DNA of 64,000 nucleotides. It comes from a virus. Lineage: Duplodnaviria; Caudoviricetes. The stretch spans positions 1 to 64,000 of the IMG/VR virus record IMGVR_UViG_3300031994_000010; one strand, written 5' to 3'. A program made the position numbers and the translations under genes. Under the pieces are notes generated by a model, which saw only the letters and a program-made list of their open reading frames with translations, was not told where the DNA came from and did no database searches. Below are positions 37,432 through 51,100 of this stretch, in pieces (positions within the stretch are counted from its first letter, which is position 1; each line of letters starts with the position of its first letter).

Positions 37432-39344
37432 GAATTAAAATACGAAAATACTAGTAGGGTGGAGGTGTTATGGCCTCCATCTACTAGCCAGTCACTACAA
37501 CTTCTGGAGCTTCTGGAGTTAATACAGCTCAGTACGCTATAAATCTATTAAATTCTGGAACAACAGGAGGAGGAAGCTCCTCATCATCGTCTTCTTCTTC
37601 TGATAAGGGGAAAATTACTGAAAAAGATTTATATACTGGGTTATATAAAACTATAGCTGAACAAGGGTTGATTAGTGACTCACAATATATAATTAGTCAA
37701 TTATAGAATGATTTATTTAATGAAAGTTTAACAAATCCATTTGGAGATACTTCTGATTTAACTGGAAGATATATGAAAGCTTTATCTTATGTAAATATGG
37801 CAAAGTCTAATTAGAAGTTATATGACGAAGCATATAAATAGGCGGTGTCTAAGGACAGCCTGCACGAAACTGCCGTTACAACGGACGGTAAAGTTGTAGT
37901 AAAAGCTAGAGATGGACAAATTACTATGATTAGTCCAGAATAGTATAGAAAAAATCCAGGTAATTACACCCTAATGACTAATGGAAATCTATTAGCTGAA
38001 AGAATGAATAATCCCAAAATGGCTTTCTAGAATGGAGTATTTGGGGTTGTTCAAAATGGTACTTCTATAAAAGAAATTTCTCAAACTATAGATGCCTTTG
38101 TTAAAAACTTAGGTGAATAGGAAGGTTCCGATGAAAAATTAACTGATGATATTAGAATACAAGATGGTATTCATACTTTAAAATAGGCAGTAGCAAAACA
38201 AGGAGTTGAACCAGTTATATCAGCAATATAGAGTGGAAATTTATATAAAATAGGAATAACTTCAAAAAGCAACGTTGAAAATATACAACTTGCTATTGAA
38301 TCTATATATAATATTCTTCCAGAAAACCAAAAAACTTTATTAGAATTACGTGGAGGAAAAGCTGCTTTAGCTGGATTAATTTCTATTTAGACTAAAGAAT
38401 CCTTTAAATTCACTATAGACGAACAATCTAGTTCTGATAAAAAAGATGGAAAATCAGGAAAATCTGGAAGTGGTAAAGGAGAGGCTGAACTAAATTACGC
38501 TGAAATTCTTTATCATGGAGCTAATGAACCAGAACTAGTATAGTTTGGAATTAAAAATAGTGTAATTCAAGCCATGGGAAGACGTTCTCGTATTACAAAT
38601 TATCAAGGAGAGTCTTTAGGTAGTGATTTTTCTTACTCAGAACTATACAAGTCTTAGGTTGGTAGTGTGTTAAAATTTGATTAGGCAAGTTTTGGAGATG
38701 TACCAATTAATAAAGCTCTAAAAGACAGAATTATTATTGATAATGATGAAATTGTAGGGGTAGATTTACCTTATAAATAGCTTTAGGATGGACGAATTGT
38801 TCCAAACTTTGAACTTCTTACTAAAATAAGGGAACTTGACGATAAAATCCTTTAGCAAGGATTGTCTCCAAGTAATCCTTCAGATATATCCAAGATAAAT
38901 CAGATGTATAAGGATGCGGGTTTACCCATTAAATATGCTCTTAATGGTAGTGGATAGATTTAGTTAACAAAAAATTACAAAAGATTTGCAGCAGTTTAGG
39001 CTACTGCAGATGAAGAAGCTTTAATTGGAGGATACTCTGTATCTAACCCTACTTTAGAAGTAGTAGAGGATGAGAATGAATAGGAAGAATATATAAGGCG
39101 AGTACGTGAAATAACTAAAGATAAAGAGTTTAATCTAGATAAACGAGGATTATTTAGTTTTGGAGACAGGCATTTAGTTAGAGGTACTATTTTCATTCCA
39201 ATAGGAGGTAGTGCTATTGACGCTAGAATGGCTAGTAGTAGTGGTAAAGTCACTGGAGGAACTACTGATTATGATACTATTAGAGGTAGGGACTACGCTA
39301 GGCAAAATTATGTTGTACCAGAAGAAACTAATTTGACACCATAA
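37428..39344 (+). CDS. Putative cargo protein, ~638 aa
   Basis: Starts MRIKIRKYQQGGG (QQ = TAG TAG), followed by a Ser/Gly linker. ATGA and TAATG junctions. Confidence 0.65.
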
Positions 39345-42300
39345 TGGAAAAACAAAATGATTACTTTATAAATTAGCTGTATAATCCTACATTTATGGCA
39401 GGAGACTTTCAGAATGTAGGATTAAATACAACTAATACCACAATATAGGATAAAGAAGTTTATAAAAAATTAGATGTAGTCTAGAATAATGATATGTTCT
39501 AGACTAATGGTAGCTTTGATGAAAATAAATTTAATGCATTTTATGAAAAAGCTTTATTAGGTTATAATGATTTATCTGGAAAAGATCATGCTGAAAGATT
39601 AGCTACTACTTATTCAGCATTTAGAACTGATTTATTCGCTACCTCTTCACAGAATAGAAGTACAGGGCCAGAAACTTTAATTACTAAAATAGCAAATCCT
39701 GAAGGAAATAGTTTAGGATTCGTAAGTAGAAATATAAAAGGAGTTCAAAGGCTTTCTGTTAGAGAAAATGCAGAAGCTCATTTATTTTATGATGGTGCTA
39801 CTAATACTTGGAAGGAGTCCCCAAATAACACAAAATTAGACAACTTTATAAATCCAAAAGTATTAGCTTAGTATGATGAAGATGTAGATATAAATGGTAA
39901 AGTTAGAGGATAGGCAGGATTTGACCCAAATAATATACAATATCATAAAGGGGATAAAAAAATAAATCCAATTACTGGAGAATACTATTATGAATCTTTA
40001 AATGGTCGTTCTATTTATGGAAGAGATGTTTTATCCGGTTGGGACACATTGACTGTGGATGGTTCTACTTTTAACTAGTATGATTTTTTTGATTCAGATG
40101 ATTTAAATAAAAAAACTAGAGGCTCTTTACTTAAAGCAGCAGTCAAAGTTGCTCCTGCTTTAATTTCAAATATATCTCCTTGGTATATTGGAGCGAGGTT
40201 AGCATTATCTTCTGCAGACTTAGTAGCTAAAATAGGAAAAATGCTTCCTGGAGTAAGTAGTGATAATAAAGTATTATCATATTTAGAAGGATTAAATGCA
40301 GCTTGGACCACTTCTACCTCAGATGATGCTTAGTAGCACGCTTGGAAATTAGAAAATATATTTAATCTTGGTGCCGATGTGTTTACTTAGCTAGCAGAAC
40401 AACGTTGGATATTTCAAAGAGCGGGGGCTATTAAAAATGGTAAGTTAGCTTATGATAAAAAAGCCCAAGAAAAATATGTAAAAGAACTTGAAAAGAAATG
40501 GTTTGACAATTTCTCTGGAAAAATAGAAAGTAGAGAAGACTTGTTTGATCTTCCGGCAATGGCTAAATTCGAAGCACAAGCAGCTTTAGAAAGAAAACTT
40601 AAATCCACTGAAAAACTAAGTGAGCAATTATCTAAATTATATATGACAGGAATAACTGTAGCAGATTCATTTAGTGAGGCTAAAGAGTCTGGATTAAGTG
40701 ATGCAGAAGCTGCAGTATTTACTTTAGTTTATGGTTTAGGAGAATATGGTATTCTTAGTACTAATTTAGGAGAACATATTCTTCCAGAATTACGTGCTAA
40801 TAAAATTAGATGGCAAAATATTGCAAAAACATTAGCAGGATTTAAAGAAGAAGCTAAAGGGGATAGTAGAAAGTTTTATCAAAAGATTGTAGATTTTGCT
40901 AAATAGACAGTTGTTGGTGATTATAACGATTCTAAAATTGCTAGAGCATTATCTACTGGAGGAACTAAGAAAGCTTTTGCATTTTCTATGGCTTCTAACG
41001 CTTTGGGAGAAGGTTTAGAAGAAGTATCAGAAGAAGCTTGGTTAGATTTAGCAAAAGGACTATACAATGCGGCTGCTGATATGCATATGACCTAGACTGG
41101 AGCTACCTTCCAAAATAATGGCGGTCTAGAAGAAATGTTGAATAGATATGCCATGAACTTTGTAGGAGGTTTAGTAGGTGGAGGTATAGCAGTTGGACTA
41201 CCAGGTTTTTAGTAGGGAATTAAAAACATGTTAGGAACCAACATGGATACTAAATAGGCATATCAAGAATTAGTTTCTCTTATAAGAAATGGTGAAATGG
41301 AGGATTTCTTAAAGACAATAAAAAAACTAGAATTAAACGACTCTACAAAATCCGCAACATAGTATGAAATATCGGACAATAAGATAATGTATAAGCCAGG
41401 AACTGAAACTGATAATCAAAATAAAGCCACTCATGATATCTTAGAACACGCTGTTAGAATGATAAATGATTTACTAACAGTAAATGGGGCAAATATATCT
41501 GATGATTCAATATTAAAAAATCTAACCTAGGACGCTCAAAAACTATTATAGTTTCACAGAGTATTAGGAAATGATGCAGTAGGTTCTTCTGTTTTAGCTT
41601 CCTATGTATAGGATTATAATACATTAGCCACTTAGATAGCTGATATAGCCCTTAAACTTGATGCATTGGAAAATCCAGCAGTTGACTAGGAAGGTAAAAA
41701 ATAGGCTATTACTGCACAAAACTAGTAGGAAATTACTACTCTCAAAAATAAATTAAATAAATTATTAGAATAGAGAGACTTATATATTAATGGAGGAATG
41801 ACCAAATATGCTCTCCCAGCAGCTATATTTGAGATGTCAGACTTCATATCCAGTCCATACTTATCTACTAATTTTAAACAATATATAGAGAAAGTTGAAG
41901 GAAAACCTTTGGAAGAGTTATCACCTGAAAGAGTTTTAGAACTTAAAGAACAATGGAAATGGTATAAAGAAACTTAGCTTTCTGATGATATAAGAACAGC
42001 TCACGGTTATTTTTAGGAAATTCAAAAAAGATTCTCTAAAAATTTAGAAGAATTTAATCAATTATATTCTAAAACATAGAATGCTTTAGGTAATTTAAGC
42101 ACAATTTTCTAGAGAACTGAAGAAGGAATACTGAATACTCCTGGATAGTTAGCAGAAGATATCTAGGCTAATGCTTAGAGTTATGAAGTTGATGCTATTA
42201 ATAGAAGAGTTTAGCCAAACTCTAAAATTAATGGAACTATTAAAACAGTTCGCTCTTTAGTTACAGCTTTACAAGAACTTAATCCTGAAGATGAATCTTT

Positions 42301-45300
42301 ATAGAAGATTTAGGAAAAGTTAAACTTTTTAAATCTTCCTCCAACTGCTAAAGAATTAAATGCTGATTAGCAATTAATAGTATTAAAGTTAGCTAAGATA
42401 TTGACTCCAGACTTAAATGCTATACAAGATTCAGTATTTAATGCTTTACGAGCTATATAGAATACTGATCCAGCAACTGTTTCTTAGGAAACTATTCTAT
42501 CTACATTAAAACAAATTAATCCTGAAATTAAAGAGCTTAATCAGGAAAACTTAGATTTATTTAATTAGGTAAAAGCCGCATTAGGAACTACTCCTTTACC
42601 TGCTGAACTTAGTAGTTTAGAATTAGAATAGTAGATGCAGTTATTAGAAATAGCTAAACAACTTAATCCTGAATTAACAGCAGTATCTGATGATTAGTTA
42701 AATACACTAAAAGATAGATATTTTAAAGAAGCTTTAATTGAAGCATTTGTAAAAAAGGATCCAGAAACTGATGATGTTAGTCTTAGAGAAGAAATTAAAT
42801 AGATAATTTAGGATATTCCTTATATGAATTAGGACCTAAAAGACTATTTAAAAACTGATTTACTTACTCAGTTGGAAATATATGTAGAACAAGAAAGTGA
42901 TTTGTTTGATACGGATGCTACAAATGAGGATTTAATTAATTTTATTAGGGTTATTGGTATGGAAATTGATAAACTTCCAACAACTCCTATAGAACAATTA
43001 GCTGATTAGTTTATGTTAGCTATTGGAGAAAATAGGTATAAATTATCTTAGTTAATCAAAGCATTATAGACTCAAATGAGAATTTCAGTTGGAAGTGATG
43101 CTATTGGAGAGTTTGGATATTCTGATGAAGTAGCAGACCAAATTGATAATGCTCTACAAATTTTATCACTTTTAGAAGCTCATGTACTAGCTTCTAGGTC
43201 CGATGGTAAAAATATTGGTAATATATTTGGATATAATGTAGTAGTTAACAAATTAATTCCAGAAATGAATTTAGCTACCATAGACAAAAATACTGCTAAT
43301 GTAATTATGTAGGATATAGCCAAACTAAAATCTAAATTACTTTATTATTAGGGTATTTTTAAGGTTAATTCTGGATAGAAACTTTCAGAACAATCTAAAA
43401 TTAATATAAAATTAAAAACAGCATTTGTCAAAAGATTAAAAGCTATAATATCTATTTTGCCGGACGACTGGGAAAAACAAGATGAAAATGGTGTACTTCT
43501 TTTAAGTAACCTAAAATCTATTTTAGAAAAATGCTCTACAATTAATGACATATTAAATAGTTCGGAATCAAATAGATTTTAGTTAAATCCAGAAAAAACA
43601 AAAACATTCGAAAAAGAATATTTAGAAATAAGTGATGCTATTTATGATTTATTTAATTAGAAGGATAATTTAAAGAGGATACAAGATGGAGAACTAGATT
43701 CTTTAATGGATTAGTTGGTATTATTACCTTCTACAACAGGAGATTCAACTACTTTTGATGGTACTAACGTAGATCTAAACTTAGAAACTATTGATGACAG
43801 AAGTTTTTTATGGATGTTAATTGCAAATGCTTCTGTTAAAACTTCTGATTTTTATGCGGAATACATAAAGAGTATTAGTGATAAATATGCTCCTATTCCT
43901 GGACAAGAATTAGCTATTAAAATGGGTTATTCTTTCCTATTAAATCGTCCGATGTTTTAGGCATTTGGAAAAGCTTACAATAAAAAATTCTTGAAAGAAT
44001 TAGAAACTATAGATTCCGATTAGTTAACGATTAAATATGGAAAAGGGGCAAATAAAGACGCAAAGCTGGATAGTGATTATGCTCTTTAGATGCTAAACAC
44101 TTTCTTAGTAGAAGGAATACCAGGAGCAGGTAAGAGTACTGGATATTATTCTATTTTAATAGATATGCTAAAATAGAATCATAAAGAGTTCTTAAGAAAT
44201 GTGTGGGTAGTTCATACTGATGCTACTAAAGCTGCTAAATTTGCAGAAAATATAGGATTAGAAGCAGCAAATGTTACAGCTCTTGATAAAAATTAGTATT
44301 TAAAAAAAATTTGTCCAGACTATTAGTAGCCAACAGTAAAAAATGGAGTAATATCTTTATCTATAAATGAACTGCAAACTGATCCAGAAACCAATTTAAA
44401 ACATTATAAAAATGAAACTCTTTCATAGGATTCTAATATCCCAACATTAATTATAATGGATGAGTCTACTAGATTCTCTTAGTAGGATTTCTTATTATCT
44501 GAAAAATATTAGCAAGAACATGGTGTAGCATCTTTAGCTACTGGTGATTATGATTAGTTAGGAGCATTTGGAAGTACTAAAATTGATGACAAAACTACAT
44601 TGGTATTTAAAACTGCTTCTGATAATTTTGTCCATAGTCCTAAACTTGGTACATCGATGCGTACAGATAATAAAATAAAGGATACTAATATTCAAATTCT
44701 TAGGTCACAAAGGCTTTCTACAGTTAACGCTTTAACTAATAAGGATACTCCTCAACCAGTTTTATTAAATTATTATGAATCAGATGAAGGTTTATGGGGA
44801 GAGAAAATAGTCCCAACAGCATCTGAGTAGGATGTAATTAAATTACTCAATACCTTAAAGGATGGTGAACAATTATTATATATATACTTTAATGAGGATT
44901 CTGATACATATAAAATAATTGATAAGTTATCTAAAGAAGAAGAATATAAAAATAAAATAGTTAAGAAATCTAGTTCTGATTCTTAGGGAGATGAAGCTAA
45001 ATATGCTATTATTGAGACTCTACCTATTGAACAAAATAAATAGAGAGACGATTATGAGTTTGTATATAGTTCCTTCTATACGGGTGTTACAAGATCCAGT
45101 TAGGGAACTTTAATAGTTAATACTGGTGATACTAGTATATTCTAGACAACTAAAGTAAAACAATTAACTAAAAGCCCATTATCTAAGCAAGCTATTCAAT
45201 AGTATGCAAATACTAGAAAAGAAATATTATAGAGTTTATTAACTGGAAATGAAAAACCGACTACTATAATTGGAAAAAAACCTGATACACCTAATCCTCC

Positions 45301-48142
45301 ACCAAATCCAGATGTAGATGACTAGGATACTCCTACTACAGATACTGGTTCTAGTACTACTGAAGATGAAGCTGATACCTTAAATAATAACAAGGTTATT
45401 ACAGTAGAAAATGGTGATGATACTTAGTATAATATGTTACTACATTCTATGCCTATTAGTGAAACAGGATTTGAGTAGGATAGTTCTGGATTAGTAGCAT
45501 CAGAATCTTCTAAAGATAGGATAGATAGTTTAAATGGTCTTATAAAACTTGGAAAATATAGGGAACCAGGTTTAATTGATTTATCTTTAGCTAGTGATGG
45601 AAAGCATCTAAATGATGAACATAATGCTTTGAAAATTTTAACATAGTTGACTCAATTATGTTTATATGAGAAAGATCCAGACAAAATTAAAGCTGGATTT
45701 TCCAAAATCTTGAATCTAAGAAGTGATGTAGATTTCGGTATTAATTTTGGATATATGTCTTGGGGAGAACGTTCCGATGATTTAAACTCCAAAGACCCAA
45801 AATATAAAAGATTCTTTAGGGGATTAAGAGAAAAGTTATATGGAGTATTTACTGGAACTAAATATAAGGATAAAGATATAGCCGCTCAGAGACATGGAAT
45901 TGTTGCAAACCTTTATATTAGAGAAAAACTAGCAAATGGAAAAACTAATAGAAGAATTGTAACTACATTGCCTTTATCTATATTTACTTCTCCTCTTACA
46001 ATGTTAGACACTAAAGGATTTGAGCGTTTTAAACTCTTATTTAACACTATGACCGGAGATTTAGGTCATAGAATGTAGAGTTTTAAAGACTTATTATCTG
46101 ACGAAACTGAATTTAATAATAGAATATCTAGATAGCCCGGAATTACTTAGGAAGAAATAAAGGTAGCTAAGGCTAATAGAGTAAAATTATTAAAACATTT
46201 CATACTTTATACATCTTGGCAAGATTAGATAGCTCTTTTCCCAGATGATTTTGTATTTGCACAATAGTTTTAGCCTTTAGGACCAAATATTACTACTAAA
46301 GATAAAGGTAACGAATATGAATAGCCTAGTGAAATGTTTGTTTGGAAAGGTGAATATATGAGTCTTAAAGACGTCGATCAAAGTATTCATCATATTTCTA
46401 AACACGTTTATTATACTACTGAGGATGTAGTTATTAATGGTAGAACGATAATTAAAGCAGGTCATGGGTTTGTTCTTTGTTCAGATGTTGAAGAAGCTGG
46501 TAATGAACGAGAATTATTAGAAAAATTTGTTGAAGAAGAATTAAAAGATGAGCCTGATGGTAAAATATCTTTACTTTATACTAGTTCTCCAGGAGTAAGT
46601 ATCGATGAATATTTATATAATTTCGCTTAGAGATATCTAAAAGGACAAGTAAACAAGGATTTTGGTAACTATTTAACTGATATTAAATTAGCTTCTGCTA
46701 TAACAAAAGATGACTCTGAATTTTCTAAACTTATGGAAACGAGTCTTAAAGTAGACCTTCCAGATGGAAAAACTATTGATGATTTGGATCCAAAAGACGA
46801 AGTTCGTTTAAAAATAGAAAGATGGAGTACTTTTAAAGCCGTAATGCGTAAAGTTGAAGCAGACTTAGAAGGTAAACCTTTTGAAGAACAAAAGAAACTT
46901 TTAAGTAGTAAAATGTCTGATGAATATTTAAGTATTCTTGACCCAGCTTTGAGAGGAAGATATAAGGATCCTAAACTTACTCTTAAATCCTTCATACAAC
47001 ATCAAATACTTTCTTATGCTTTAAAACCAAGAGTTTTTAGTAAACTACAAGATATAGTTGGTGAAGGACGTTTAATTGTTACTGAGGAGCTAAAGCCTAG
47101 ATTAGAAGCAATTACAAAAGATACTGCTGATATATTTAAAAATGGCATCTATGTTAATTTAACTGGTTTAGGTAGCGATAATAGTATTAATGTCTCTAAA
47201 AATGTAGCTGTTACCTTTGTTCCTGTTAGACATAATGATAAATATGAAATTGAAATAAATAGAGTATGGAAGCCAATTAGAATAAATGGTAAAATAGATA
47301 CTACAATGCACTATGGAGATGTTTCTAGTTTAATGGATTATATATTAGATGGGATTAATAAATTCGATGGATTAAATAAAAAACGTTATTTCGGTGATTG
47401 GGTAGAATCTTCTAAAACAGGAGAAAATGAAAGTACTTAGTTATTTGAAAATTCAAAAAATAAGTTTGATAACAATTCTTAGGATATATTAAGGGATTTA
47501 TGTAAAAATTATACTAAAGATCTTAAAGACGTTCTAAGCTCTAATGATGTTCAGACTCTGTGTAGTTTCTTAGCTAAACATAACTTTTATGTTAGTATTA
47601 ATACTGATAAAAAGATACATCTTAGAAAAGAAAATTCTGGAAGTTTTATCTAGGAATTTGTAACTGGTAAAGACAATAAAGGCGGAGTATTAGTATTTAA
47701 GAATAATAATGTATATTTGAGTACTCCTTCAGCATTAGTTGAACTATCCAAAGAAGATGCCTAGAATTATATTGATTCTGTAAAAAATTAGCAAATCAAG
47801 GATGTTTTATAGGAAATAATTAACGCTAAAGAGCCTGGCAATGAAGGAGGTGGTTCTACTGATGGGACTTTTGATGTTAACTCTAATACATTAGGGGATC
47901 AAGAATAGGTAGATGCTTTTATTGCTTATCTTAAAAGTTTAATTTTAAGTAATGGAAAGTCTGTATATTAGACATTAATGGATGATTATAACTGGATTGA
48001 AGTAGATTTTACTTTTGAAAATATTAAAAATAACGTAAAAGATGGCCTTAGTATAAACTTGGATGAGATTGCGTCAAAAGATAATTCCCTCAATGAAGAA
48101 TTTGACGACTTAAAGGACTGGGCACATAATAAATTATGTTAA
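39344..48142 (+). CDS. Giant virion-type protein with SF1 helicase domain, ~2932 aa
   Basis: Track ORFs from 40541 to 46733 are all in one frame. N-terminal NALGEGLEEVSEE ejection-protein-like motif. Helicase motifs GIPGAGKST, LIIMDES, GDYDQL, SQGDE and YTGVTRS. Confidence 0.8.
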
Positions 48143-48154
48143 ATATAAAATAAT

Positions 48155-51100
48155 ATGCAATATTGTAATATATCTTATAATTTACTTTCAGGGGTTTTTA
48201 CTTAGTGTAAAACTCCTGAAGGTAATTTTAACTTAGAACAATTTAAAGAGAAGATAAAAGACTTAAATAGTAATATAGATGATACTAACGGAATTTCTGA
48301 AGACAAATTTATACAAGTATATAAAGAAGTATTAGCTAGTAGAAATTTTAGGAATTTTATTCTTCCTCTTTTGACTCGAGATTAGAAAGAAACTTTAAAC
48401 AACTTAGAAAATATTAAAGCTTGGGCACATCCTAAAACTGAAGTAAGTGATCCAGTAAGTAATTTGGAATAGCCATCACTAGCTTCTGAAACTTCTTTAA
48501 CTAAAGTTTCTACTAAATGGTTAAACGCTGCTTGGGGATATAATACTCAAGCATTGGATGCTTTTTTAAGACAAACAAGGAGTGATTTCAACGACATTAT
48601 TTCTAAAAAAGGAGTAGATATAACAAATTAGACATCTTTAAATCTAGCTATACAAAACTTTTATAGAGAAAAATTATATTCTATAGCCAATTATTTATCC
48701 TGGGCAAGTAAAGATTTAAAAAAACCTGAATTAGAGGAAGATGCAGCTAGACTAAGATAGTTAACAGAAGGTTTATGGGGTTCCACATAGTAGACTAATT
48801 GGGTAAAAATAAAGGGAATATTAGATACACATTTTTCTACAATAAATGAAAATTTATTTAGGTATTATACTGGTAAGTATGTATCATCTAGAGAAATTCG
48901 ATTATAGAAGTAGATGAGGGCCTATGGTGACTATTTAATGATTTAGCCTACTAATTTTGACTCTTTGATTCGTACTTAGTTAAAAGGAATTAGAATAAAT
49001 CATAGTCCTGGCAAACTTACTTAGTTTGTAAACAAATACATATACGAAAAAACTAGTAGTATAAACACTTGGCAAGAAGAAGATTCTTATTCTATAGCCA
49101 GAGGGGTATCAGATTTATGCTAGGTTTCTGTTATGTCCTGGAAAATGTGGAGAAAACAAGGTAATACTTGGGTAGAGTCATCATTTGAGCATCCTGCAAA
49201 TATTGCATAGGTCTTTACTACTATGAGTAAAATTTATAAATTAGGAAGCTCTCCAAAGGCCAAAAATATTATAATAGACTCTTCATATTTAGGATATTTT
49301 AGGGATTGTGGATTTGACTTTGGTGAAAGTCTTGAAACTCAGAAAATAGATGGAACTGAATTTGTTATTCCAAGGTTAACCAATCTATTTAATAAATATT
49401 TTCAAGGAAAATCTTTAGCTGAAATTGTTTCTTCTATATAGTAGGATCCACTTAGGTTAACTCCAATGATTATGGCTTTATTAGCTCATCCAAAGTTAGG
49501 ATTTGAAACAACTTTTAAAAAGGATTATAAGGCCCCAAATGAATATGGATTTGATTCTAATGACCGAGCAATGGTTTATACCATATGGAAAAACATGTTT
49601 GATCCTAAAGAAAACTCCGTAAATAATCCTGTATTATACACATTTTTAATGTAGTCATTCCTTACACATGATATGAAATCTATGTATGGAATTAAATTTA
49701 AGGATGGAGAACCTAAAAAAGCTTATTATTCTTAGGGAAAAACTGAAAAGAGTCTTAATAATTTATAGTTAAGAATAAACGGATTATATCCTCCAACTTT
49801 AGAAAAGAAGTTTAAATATGCCGAAATAACTACAGACTTAGAACATAATTTAGTTACTATTAAAAGTGGGGATTTTTCTATCCAAATTAAAAATGGAAAA
49901 GTCTCAGTATTTCATAATCGTCAAGAAATAAAAAATAATGATAATGCTTCTTAGGTAAACTTACAAGAAGCATTAGATACATTAACTCCATTTTTCCAAG
50001 AAGCTTTGGCCTTAGACTTTAGTACTAATGTTGAACTTCCATTAATGGAAGCATATCTTGGAATATTAAATGGTTCTAAATATACTGCATTATCAAACTT
50101 AGCTAATATTACAGGTCAATTGATATATGCTTATGAGGTATCTAAACAATATATAGATGAAGATAATTCTTCTGATTTCCTGTCTAAAGTAAGAGAACAC
50201 TATGATAAAAAAGACAAAATAAATCTAGTTAATGGAATAACTGACTACTAGATAGATGTTTTTAAAAATATATTTGCATAGGTATATTTATTATCATTAG
50301 CTAATGATGCTCATAATAAAGTAGTAGGAGAAGCTATGGTTAAAGATGGTTTTGGTAATCCAATTAGTTCAGAAGTATTAACATCTTTAACTACTAAATA
50401 TCCACAATTTGTAGGAGAAAAATGTAGTGGTGATTCTATTATAAAGGATTTTTCTCTTCATAAAATCTTAAAAGAAATTTCTTTCTATAGAGATTATGTA
50501 GATGCTTCAGGTAATATAAAAGCTGCAACAGGAATGTCTGTAGAAGAATTGTTTTTATCTAACTTTCTTTATGGATTTTATTCTCCGAGTAATACATAGG
50601 AAGTAATGCTTGGAGTATTCTCTGATAAACCTAATTTAGGAAGAATTGAATTATACAAGGATCAAACTGTCGAAGTTAATGGTCAAAGTAAAAACTTAAG
50701 TTCCCTTACTATAGCAGAAATAAAAACACTGGCAACTAAAGAACTTGGAGAGTTTTATCTCAAAATGTACAATAATATGTAGAAATAGTTGAACATATTA
50801 AATAAATATTTGCCTGCAAATATACAATTTAATATGGATACAGACTATTCTGAAGTTAATGCTGCTGGATATACAAAATCTTAGCTGTTAGACTACATCC
50901 ATTAGGCTATTGTGGCTGCATAGAATAATGGAGAAGATATTCAAATCAATGATTTACTGTATTTTTATTGGGACAAGGATTAGGTACATGTACGTCCTAC
51001 TATAATTGCAGAATTATATAGAGCTGGATATATTTAGAACACAGAATTTTGGAATAGTAAATTAATAGGTTTAGAAACTGATTAGGACTTTTGGTTCAGA

